Below, one piece after another: positions 25,566 to 36,297 of a DNA stretch of 64,000 nt. The notes beneath the pieces are model-generated. The model had not been told where the DNA came from, ran no database searches, and saw nothing but the letters and a program-made list of their open reading frames with translations. Origin of the DNA: Chara braunii (Eukaryota; Plantae; Charophyceae); assembly GCA_003427395.1 (NCBI GenBank), contig BFEA01000034.1, positions 2,200,875 to 2,264,874 on the forward strand, in the 5' to 3' direction. The translations under genes and the position numbers were made by a program. How positions within the stretch are numbered: position 1 is the stretch's first letter; every line of letters begins with the position of its first letter.

Positions 25566-27259
25566 TGACGGTTTTTCAGATTGCAAATTGTATTGAAAAC
25601 CCGGAAGTCCAGCGCTGCTCGGAAGAGCAGAACTGCCCTGACGTATCACGAAAGGAGATCTAAAGGTACCGAGTTCGGATGTTTACTCACCTTCATAAGT
25701 GTCCAGAACCCTTCCTCCTACGTGGTGCTCAGCATCCAACTCATGATCTCGCAGCTATTACCAGTCTACAAACTGGCAATGCAACTGCCGGCGTCAACAA
25801 CAGAACCGGAGTACTGGAAGATGCAAGGAACATGAGTATGGACGAAGCATAGAACTCCAGAACGCAAAATCACACTGATGTTCATGTAGTCAAAGTCACA
25901 ATGGAACCATGTAACCATCCAATTGAGAATGATACGACAGAATCATGAGTCAAATGTCCATGCCCAATCGGGCAATCACCAGCCGCAGAACCCAATGTAG
26001 CTCTCTCTTATGAACAGCGCCAGGCGCCCTATCTACACCACAGCCTATCTCTATGACTTCATCATGAAAGCAATCAAACACTTGACAACCATTGAGTGAT
26101 GACGTCCATACCAACGCCGAGTTTCTCTCCACCCGGTATGTCTTTTCTTCACCCTCACTCTCCCCTGATAACCCAGCGCCCTTCACCTCCAAAGAACCAA
26201 CTTCGGCCTTCCTCTTTCTGCGCACATAGGCAGTCGGGCTATGGCCGCCAGCGCCCTACCCCACAGGCAGCGCCCAGCCCACTCATTCATTCATGCCGAA
26301 GCCACGCGGGGTGTTGTCTTAGCATCTTGTGCGAGGGAGTCTGCAGCAGGCCCGAAGTTCGAAGTGGGCAAAGGTGACGGGGATAGCCACGGCGACAAGG
26401 TGGAGGCGACCAGTGTTGCCATAGCTGTAGTTTGGGGCTTAGAGGGCGTGTGTGTGTCTGTTTGTGTCTTTCTGAGACTGTCCGTGTCTGTCAGAGACTG
26501 TCTGAGTCTGTCCGAGACAGTCTGAGTCTGTCTGTTTCAGACTGTGGCTGTCCCATCTGTCTGTCTGTCCAGTTTTGTCTGTTCTCTCTTTTCGTGTGTG
26601 TGTAGTAAGCAGCATTGTGGGACACCCAGGGTGATCACGTGTGTACGAACAAAGAGTTATTGGGCGTCTGTCTGTGTCCACGTCATCACGTATCATTTGT
26701 TCGTCTCTCTCTCTCTTTGTCTGCTTAGTCTATGTCTATCTATATCTCTCTCTGTCTGTTTTGGTTGTATCCATCCGTACCTGCCAATCCATCAGTTTTC
26801 TGTTTCCTGGTATATTGCTAGGGTTCATTCTCCAGTCTGATAAAACAACTTAGCTCAGTCATGCTTATTCCATGTATCGGCGGATGAGAATACTCACATA
26901 CTCACACTTCGACCAAACACAAAGAGAGCAAAACAATCCTTCGTTCTGCAGTAGTGGTGAGACAATCCCATAAGGCCAGAGAGCAGACCGTAGGCTGGCG
27001 GCGCATAAATGCAAGGAAATGCAAAATGACAGAGTCCGGACTGCTAAATCAAGTTGAAAATTAGCAAATCCGAACTCTTGTTCAAAAGGAGTGATGCACT
27101 GATGTTTCCTTTGACGGAGAATCATAGTATTAAGCCCGCATATCTCTGAGGGCTTACGTCTCATTATTACCAGCGTATATGTCCTCGGTCCTACTTTTCG
27201 CTTGGTGATCAGTGCCCAGACTATGATCACACAACCTACTACCAGCCTAACGTACAGAC

Positions 27260-27541
27260 AATGCAACTATCGCCATCAGCAGCACAATCCAGGTACTTGA
27301 AGATGTTGTCCTTAGGTGGACCATCACCAAGACAAGGTAAGTGCTCTCACATCATTATCATCATTTATGCAGGACCAATGTCAACTTCCTATCTGGCACT
27401 CTGCGCCCCGTCTACTCCTACACAGCTACTACAGACTACCAAAGACAATGCAACTGCTGACATCACTGGCAGCCTGAAGTACTTGAGGACGTCGCCCTTG
27501 CAGACCATCTCCAATACGAGGTAAGTGCTCTCACATCGTCG

Positions 27542-27578
<37 letters not shown>

Positions 27579-28300
27579 TCACTTATCATCTCCACCTTTT
27601 TCTTCTCTCCCTCCTTTTCTCTTTCTTCCTTCTCCATCTCCTCTCTCTCCCTCTCCTTCTCTCTCTTTCTTCTCCATCTCCTCTCTCTCCCTCTCCTTCT
27701 CTCCCTTTTTCTCTCTCCTTCTGTTCTTCCCCTTCATCATGCTCGTCGCCTCCTTCTCCTGCTCTTTTCTAGTTCGTCGTCTTCCCTTAATCGCTTCCAT
27801 CTCCCACTGTCGTCTTCTCTCTTCTCCTCCCTTCCTCTTCTTCTTCTTCTTCTTCTTCTTCTTCTTCTTCTTCTTCTTCTTCCTGCAAGTGATAAGGTCC
27901 ATTGGACTCTCCACCGCATCCCAACGTCCCAGACCCAACAGGCTCACTTCGTCTTTCAAGATCAATGTACATGACTGTCACCACCATAGCCGACCTCTCC
28001 TTCATGTACAGGGCACTTATCTAGTCTCCTCCCAATCAGACCTTGATGGCCCCATCCTTTCCTCCTTTGCCGTTGTCACTCCATCGGTCATGTTTACTTC
28101 TTCTACTACTTCCATTACCTTCTTCTCGACTTCTCACTTTCTTACTAACCCCGTTTTTGATACCCTTTCCCGTTACCGAGATGAATCGAGATTGACTTCG
28201 ACCATTGTGATCCCGAGGACAGACAAGACAATCCGGTATGTCTGTGAGCAAGGTGACAACGACTTAATGAAGAAGACGGCCAATCCGTATTGAAGGCGAT
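27260..28300 (+). pseudogene. Probable captured, degraded leucine-rich-repeat gene fragment with introns (second copy 53680-54730)
   Basis: LRR-like peptides RLPKTMQLLTSL, NRLTSSF, DLDGPILSSFAVVT and HFLTNPVFDTLS; GTAAGT donors at ~27336 and ~27521; TGCAG acceptor at ~27372; microsatellite-rich intron. Confidence 0.4.
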
Positions 28301-28379
28301 CTCAATAATCTCAACGCCTCTCACGCACCTGACTTCCTCCACGTACATACCAAAACTCATGGCCGAGACCGAATAGTTA

Positions 28380-28400
28380 TAACAATAATAATACTAATAC

Positions 28401-28439
<39 letters not shown>

Positions 28440-29095
28440 TACTACTACTAATAATAATAATAATAGCGATAACAACAATAATAATAATCGTAATAATATA
28501 AAGTGAATGTACGCAAGCTACTCTCTCCGCCCGGCATGGTTAAACTAAGAGTGTGTTGTACTTGGGCTAGTCTCTCTACCGCGGCAACAGCGATCACTCG
28601 CGATCAGGTGAGTTTTCTCCCCCTTTTTCACTACGTGCATGCGCGTTGCGTACAGTAAGGTACAGACCAGAACAAAAATCAACTTCTTATACGAGGTACA
28701 AATAGCGTAACGGAAGACTTAGATACAGATCCTGACCTGACCGAGTCAACGTTGCAAGCAGACCAAACATCCATCATTCTTACCACACGGTGTGATGGGC
28801 CTGGCGCTATACACAGGAATAGGGCGCCAGGTCCAGAAACGCACAGACGAGGAGAAAGGCACCAGACGAAGAAGAGGGGATCAAACGAAGAAGAGGGAAA
28901 AAGGTGGGAATACCATCATCACCAAGTCTCATTACAAGTCGCAAACGATCCCTCTTCAAAATGTCTGAAGTCAAATGTCGCGTCTGGATCCAAATGTCAT
29001 CAAGCTCTCTCTCCCTCTCTCTCGTAGCCCGCAGATACCGAGGAGTCAGAGGATGAGAGGGTGAAGCAGAGATGGCGGCTTAGAAGATAAAGAAG

Positions 29096-29133
<38 letters not shown>

Positions 29134-30700
29134 CCTCTCTCTCTCCCACTCTCACCTTCTCTCCTTCTCCTTTCCCCTTCCGATCTTTCTCCCGCGCATC
29201 GCTACTCCCCTTCTCGCCTCTTCACGATACCGAGTAGGCTGCACCCCCTCGATCACTTTGCCCTACTTGTGTCGAGTGTGATAGTAGTGTGCCCATTCAA
29301 CCCCCCCCCCATGGTCGTTTTTCATCCCTGTGGTAGGCTCCTCGCCTGTCACCTCTTACCTTCGCGCACCGCACACCTCCTCTTTCCTCTTCGTTTCTTC
29401 AACTCACATCATCGCAGTCATGGCTTGATTCAACACAATACTGATACTAATAATATTACTTAATAATGGTAATAATAATAATAATAATAAAAATACTAAT
29501 AATAATAACGAATGTATGCAAGCTATCTTCAAGGTCGAGTTCATTCGTTTTCAAGGGTGCATCGCGCATCGGGAATGTTGCCTGTCTACAGCGGTGATGA
29601 TCATCATCTACCGAGTAAGCCTACCGTTCTCTCTCTCTCACTTCCACACACACTCACACACACACACACATATACAGTCCATTGATAGGATGATAAAAAA
29701 CGAGATGAATCTTCCGCTGAAACGGGGAAATATACACTGCCGCTTTCTGATTTGCTCGCTCTATTGATCCAAAGCAGCGTGCGTCGCGCCGTGGCTGGAG
29801 ACTTACCGGTTCGGCGACGCGTATCTTACCCAATCTCTCTCTCTTTCCTCTCTCCTTCTCCCCTTCTTTAATCTCCATCTCTCCTTCTCCATCTCCTTTC
29901 TCTCTCCCTCTCTCCCTCACACGCACGCGCAACCCCCGTCGCGCACTGTATTGGTGCAGATTGGATCGAGAGTTGATCTTCCGTACAAAGTACGAGATAG
30001 CGTAGTGGAAGACTTAGGTACTGATGATCCGGACAATCAATATTGCAATGCAGCCCCGAACATACATCACAATCATCATCCCATGGTGTAAAGGGGTCTG
30101 GCGCCTTACACATGAAGACTGCGCCAACCCCGACCATGCCAGACAAAGAAGAGGGAGGTTAGACGAAGAAGAGGGGAAGATGGGAATGTCGTCAACATCA
30201 AGTCTTCGGCACAGGCCCAAATAGTCCCTCATCAAAATGTTTGAATCCCTTGTCTAGTCTGGATCCAATGTCATCAAGTCTCAAGTCACCACTCCCTCTC
30301 TCTCTTGTCGTAGTCTGCCGATACTGAGAAGTCAGGCGATGAGAGGGTGAGAAGAAGAAGGTGGACTGAGAAGAGGAAGAAGAAGAACTCACTCTCTCTT
30401 TCGCTCCCTTGCACTTCTTTCGTTCATACACACACATACAAGTGCACACTCTTACTATGGAGGGCATGAGTAAGAACGGAATGAATCTTCCACTTAAACG
30501 TGGAAGTATTCATTCAATTTTATTTATTTATTTATTTATTCTATTGATGGAAGCACCGGGATTGGTCACGACTTACCCGTTCTTCCTCCCGTTTCCCGAC
30601 GTCGTCAAGTCACCGTTGAAGCCGTTGTCCTCAGCAGTTGTCTTCGTCGTTGTTACCGTTGGAGCCGCCGTCGTCGGAGCTCGGTCAGGTGAGTACTCCC
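28380..30700. repeat. Diverged ~0.8-1.3 kb tandem modules separated by (AAT)n/(CT)n/(CA)n tracts (second copy ~54820-57130)
   Basis: Shared blocks: GAATGTA.GCAAGCTA after (AAT)n twice; ATGAATCTTCC.CT.AAACG at ~29705 and ~30481; a ~230 bp block at 28655 and 29950, also present at 22910. Confidence 0.7.
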
Positions 30701-33700
30701 TCTCTACTTCTCCCTCTCTTTTCCTTCTTCCTCTCTTATCTCTCTCCCTTCTCCCTTTCGTGTGTCTGCACACTCACTTCTGTCATATACGCCGTTCGTC
30801 TTTACTGAGTTCGTCGTCGCCACCTTGGCTTGCTTATCGGATCAGCTAAGTTTCCTCCTTCGACTTCCTCCTTCTCTCTTCTCTCTCTTTCCTATTCTCC
30901 TTCCCTTTTACGAGCGACCACTTTCTCATTCTTCATTTTTTTTTCCCTCTTCCCTCGCAGTCCTCTCCCCCTTACGAGTTGTTTCTCCCGGCTTTCTCGC
31001 GCGGTCCACCCTTCGCCTCTCTGCGCTCTCCCCAGCAAGCGGCCGTTCCCGATCTTGCTTCTGCGCGAATTTCGCGGTGGCTTGCTCTTCTCCTTGACGA
31101 GGGGCCCTTCGTGCTATAGGCTGATGCCGCACGGTAGGATGATCGGGCCTCTTCCCTTTTTCGGCTGAATCGGTCCGACTTCCGAGTACATATTCACCTA
31201 CGTGAATCAGGGGAATAAAGCTACGGGAAAAGAGAATAATCAATAAAAGAAAATAAAATAATGAAACGAATCTAACTTCCGAATTAAAATAAAATAAAAT
31301 TTTTGAACGAATTGAAACGAGAACTACTACCAACTGCCCAGCGTAGGGTCTCGTTTCAACGAGGCAAATAACACAACTAACCTAGATAACGAGGTCGCGG
31401 GATCGAGTCCCGACCGTTCAAACCCGGGCAAAACGAAAGGTAGAGTTCCCTGTCAAAAGAGAGCTAGCTCGGAGGGTGGCGGGCCTTGATCCCCGGATCC
31501 CCCGCATATCAACCCCATACTGAAAACCTACTGAGCTAGCTCCCACTTCGAGTAGAAGGGGAGTAGCTCTAATATTCATAAAGTAATGTGGCCCAGTCCA
31601 ACCAATGGCCTGAGCCCACTCTAGCCAGCTCTAGCGTGCACGCTTGCTAATCTGCGTGCCTATCTGAATGCCTGCCGCCTTGGGCGCGTGCACGACCCGC
31701 AAGGGCACGTATTTCATCGGTAGGCCCGAAGGGCCGGTACTCAGCCGTGGTTGCGGCATCGAGGGTCGCGGTAGGGTAGATACTCAAGTGGCGGGCAAGC
31801 TGGTACCACACCAAGTTGAAGTAGATGTGGCGGATACTCGACCCGGAGGTTGAGTAGGGGAAGGCAAAGACCGAAATTTTTTAGAACACCCAGTACCGGA
31901 GGGAAGACAGGCACTGGACCAAGCCCCAGTGCGTGTCATAGACCTACCTGACACAATCATCATCCCAATTGACCCTTCGACCTCTTCTGTCGAGGGGTAT
32001 TACTACTGATCCTAATCACCACGGGGCGTGTCATAATAACGCGCGTTCATTCTTAACGAAATTTTCTTACCGATTTTTTCCCCCTGGCCTCAGTAGTCGA
32101 GGATTTTGCTTCTGGTGTCACACCAAGCGTGCACACCCCTCTTGTTTCCAGACTGGCTACGTCATGGTAGTTGACGCCGTCATCGTGTCGAATGCAAGGA
32201 CATGGCAAAATACCCTTGTAAGAGTATTTTGTCCGACAGTATCCATGACCTTATTAAGCGACGTCCCCGTCGCTCGGAGAACTATATGCACATAAAGGTG
32301 TTTTCCGACAAGCAAATCGTCAAATCCGAATCCCGGAATGAAATGTGGTTTCAGGATTGACGCCGTCACCTTACCTTTCATTACTACTGCCGGGATTTTA
32401 ACCCGGGCCTCCCACATAATATATAACGACTGGAAGTGGGGATACTTGATCTGTACTACAGTACATGAAATAGTTAAGTATTTCAACGCACCTTTCCTTC
32501 CCCCACACCCTTAGTCTTTGGTCCAGGTATTCGTTGGTTGTTTTCAGGGCTGGTGTTTGCGTACGAACTCAACCCGTCAAACGCGGGTCCTAACCGAGAC
32601 CTTGGGTGTTCAACTCTTGATATCACAATCCAAAGTTGCCTATCGTCCTGCCCGAAGCCTAATACAGGAGGACAACGGTCTCCATCTCGACCCACCACAT
32701 TCCTGCTGATCGGGCCAGAGCTGCGGCCCACCGCGTTGTTGCTTATCGGTGGTTACCCTCGTTGGTTGAGTAACGATGGGTTAGTCATCCTATGAATTGC
32801 AAAACTAATCTCGACCCCTTCGACACCCATCTGAATAGGTTCCTTCAATGGGGTGGTCATCCCCTCTAGCCCCTATTCTAGGCCATAGTCGAAGGGTCCG
32901 CTGCCTGGTTATGCTAGGTCAGCAGCCCACGCTGGGAGTTACGTCCCAACGATGCCAATTTTTCACCATAGGCTTGGTAGCTTTATGCCCTCAGGTTAAC
33001 CCTTGAGGTGGATGAATAATGCTTTAAATAAACCAAATAAATGAGGACTTTTAATAAATTGAGCATTCGTCAGACTGCCACTCAGGGTTGTGCCCTCCAA
33101 GTCTTTGATCATAGCTCGGTGAGGCACGCACCTCGGGGTCATTTTGTATACATATTTATACATATATATATATATATATGTCTGAAACCATTATTTTTAT
33201 ATATATATATAACCATTATTTTTAAAATAAACTTTTATTGACTCTTTCCTTGTCAGAATCCACGAAGAAACATCACTTTCATAAAGATTGTCAAAGAATT
33301 TCTGATAAGACTCAAAATGAGTCTATCCATGTCGTAGCATGGTCTCAAACAAGAAGTGTACAATCAATCAAGTTTCAAAGTTTCACAACTCATCAAACTT
33401 TCACATGAAATACAGGTCCGCCCGTTCCTCTATCACATCTTTAGATCTCAGCAAGAGTCTAGTAGTGATAGACGAAGAGATATCTCAGGTTACAAGAGAC
33501 TCAACCAAAGACAAAGGCCTACACACAATGTGACAAGTGCGTCATATTCACCAGCTCATCCCCCTGAAAGATATATAAATAAAGTATGTTACAGAGTCAG
33601 ATCATCAATCACCTCTACTATCCCTCAAATACCTCTTATGTCATTTCCTATAGTACTTCCTATGCTAAGTCCCTTTATCTACATGAAGAAAAACAACACA

Positions 33701-33843
33701 ACATGTCTCAGACTTTTCCACTGTCTAACTGAATGAAGAAAACACATATCCCATGCTCTAAATTAACTCTTTCTCCTATTTCATAACTATTTTACGAGAC
33801 GATACAGGTCATGATTTACTCAGACATATCTACCTACTCTCAT

Positions 33844-35615
33844 CTAGAAATCAATTTGCAGCCCCAGTATCCTGTGGAGCGCTACCCTGCCTCCCTCAGG
33901 TATCGTGGGAATGATCTGTCTCATACTGGCCACCAATCTCCTATGACTATCATATTTGGTTTTTCCTTCCTTGATATAAATTGCCAGAATGGAACACTCA
34001 TCCCTAAGATGCCCTTCCTGAGTGCAGAAGAAACACCTCTGTCCAGCCATGCTAGGCTTGATTCTCTTTATGTCTGGCTGGATTGAAGTCTCAGCCTGAT
34101 CCTCAGCTCTCTTTGGTGAGCCCAACTTAGATTCCCTCTACCTTTTGCCCTGTCTTGGCAGAGGCATAGCCACACTCTCACTTACCTCCTATTCTGGTCC
34201 AGGAGGCTTTTTCCTCCTTTCTTCAGTCTGTACCCTCTTCTCTTCACCCTTCTTTCTCTCCACTATCTCTGTGGCTTCCTTTTCTTTCCCCTGATGGCTC
34301 AGTCTGAGTCCCTCCATTCCTTTCAATATTTCCCCCCATCTTTGCTCCCACTCTTGTCCCAACTTCCTTTCTGAGATTTCATTGTCTAGGTCCAGTCCTA
34401 GCACACTGACCTCTGAACCCAGACCATCCATCCTTATTTTCATCCTTCCTATCGTGGCCGCTTCATTCTCCAATTTTATGTCGCTCATAGTCAGGGCGGC
34501 CCTCAATTGGTTCACTTCTTTATGTAATTTCTCCTTCCCTTTCTTCAATCCCTTCATTTCCTCCCTCATCTCTTCCATATTTCTTATCAACTTTTCCACC
34601 TGGGCATCCCTCTCATCTTCCTTCCTTCTTATCCCACTTGCCTCTTCCCTTTCTCTGTCTCCAATTGGTCCCTCTTCCTCAGTTCACTTGACCTTGGGTG
34701 CCTTGCCTCCTTGCTGGATCCTTTTTCCTTCTCCATCTTCCTTTACTCCTCCCTCCTTTTCACTCCTCCTTCCTGTACCTCTTTCCTTCCACTTTCAATT
34801 GCCCTTTTCTTTCCAAGTTTTCTTTTCCTTGGTACCACATTTGCCCCCATGCTTCCTTTCCTCCCTTCTGTTGCCTCCTTCTCTTTCTGTTCATCACCCT
34901 CAGCCTGGTCAGATCCCTGGCTGCTGCTTTTGGGGGAGACCCTCGTCTTGTCCTTCAATCTCTTCAGAGGCACACTATCCCCTTCTTCATTCTCTGCCCC
35001 TTTCTCCTGTGGCTCAACCACCTCTCTTCCAATCCATAGCCCCTTCTTTTGCAGCCTTTCCTTTCTTGTCTGATCCTGTCTGGCCTGGGTGTAGGCCATC
35101 CACAATTCTGCTGTTATTCTCTTCCATGTCCGACTCCCTTCCACAATTCTTTTTACTTCCTCCCTTTCACTCTCTTCTGATCTTGCGATCAATTGTTTTT
35201 TCTTTTCCTCCTTGTTCCACTCGCCTCTCTCTGCGGCTTGCTGCAAGCTCTCGATAAAGTCATCCAGATTGGTTCCATCAAATTTTAAATCATCCTCCAC
35301 ATCGTCCCTTGGGAAGGTCCCCATGTCCTTCCATAACCTCTCCTTGCATACTTTCCACCCTGTGCACCCTGCCACCACCCCTTCAATTCTCCTCTTGTAC
35401 ATTCCTGCCCCACTCACATTCGCAATTTTCTCTCTGTTACCCCATTCTTTCTTGAATGAGTACTCTTCAAGGTCTCGCAGGAATATTCGCAGGTTGTCTC
35501 CAGCCCTGTAAATGGGCAACTCCTCCAGGCTCCTTGAGACTCTCTGATCCCTCCTTTGGCCTCTTTTTCTCAAGGCAGGTCCAGAGGGCCCTGCCACTGC
35601 TCCTCTCTGCGCCAT
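33844..35615 (-). pseudogene. B ORF3: second gag-like ORF in env position (capsid-like repeats, coiled coil, CCHC zinc knuckle)
   Basis: ORFs 34743-35714 (likely start MAQRG at 35615), 34189-34599 and 33844-34125 with CFFCTQEGHLRDEC (CX2CX4HX4C). Confidence 0.8.
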
Positions 35616-35773
35616 GACTTCTTCTTCCCAAGGGTCACGCCTGCACACAGAGAAGGAGCAAATGACAGGTACGAGGGTCAGATTATCACCAAGGCAGCAT
35701 TCCTTGTTAAACACAAGTTGGCAATGCCCTCCTTTATCAGGTACTTACATACACGAACATATACACATATATA

Positions 35774-36140
35774 TGACAGACCTTTCTTTGTTTCATGGAT
35801 GTTTTGCTGGCTTGTGATGGGGTGTGAACCGACAGTCTGTAGAGTTTTCCATCTGGTGTGGGTGAGNNNNNNNNNNNNNNNNNNNNNNNNNNNNNNNNNN
35901 NNNNNNCGACAGTCTGTAGAGTTTTCCATCTGGTGTGGGTGAGTGATAGTCTACTTTGATTTTGGTTAAGGTAGATTATCATTTACAGTGTAATCAGTGA
36001 GGGGATTCTGCAGACTGTTGAGGGTTCAGCTTCCTGATGAGTCGGTGAAACTCCGACGAAACAGTTTGTCACAGCCCCTCGTTTGTTGTCCTCTTCTCTC
36101 TCTCTGCCTACGGTTTTACCGGGCAGTTCTGTTTGTGACG
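35774..36140 (+). mobile_element. Small hammerhead-bearing insertion, candidate retrozyme-type solo LTR
   Basis: Absent from the equivalent int-ORF3 spacer of element A; starts TGACAG and ends TTGTGACG; ATATA on both sides within a TA-rich tract; contains an N gap. Confidence 0.45.
36011..36068 (+). ncRNA. Type III hammerhead ribozyme
   Basis: Stem III CAGACUGU/ACAGUUUG (8 bp). Cleavage triplet GUU (36017-36019). Stem I GAGG/CUUC with loop GUUCAG. Core CUGAUGA (36034-36040). Stem II GUCGG/CCGAC with loop UGAAACU. GAAA at 36058-36061. Stem III extends via GAGGGG/CCCCUC. Confidence 0.85.
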
Positions 36141-36297
36141 ATATATATATACATATATACATACATGAGCGTATATACACACACATCTATATATATATAT
36201 ATATGTATCCATTTATGTATGAGCATTACCTTGGGCAATTGGGTACATACCTGCATAGAAACTGATATACATATGCATGCCTAAATACCTCCCCAAT

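Larger units (their letters stand above)
18980..32220 (-). repeat. Putative 3' LTR of element B (at least 13.2 kb; outer end unresolved between 32220 and ~33200)
   Basis: Colinear with 45496-58631 along its whole length; homology ends at ...AAATACCCTTGTA. Best PPT candidate is GGGGGAAGGAAAGG followed by TG at 32489-32504 (minus). Confidence 0.75.

Noticed and set aside
35830-35943. 37 bp direct repeat CGACAGTCTGTAGAGTTTTCCATCTGGTGTGGGTGAG
   Set aside because: The two copies sit on either side of an N gap; most likely an unmerged contig overlap.
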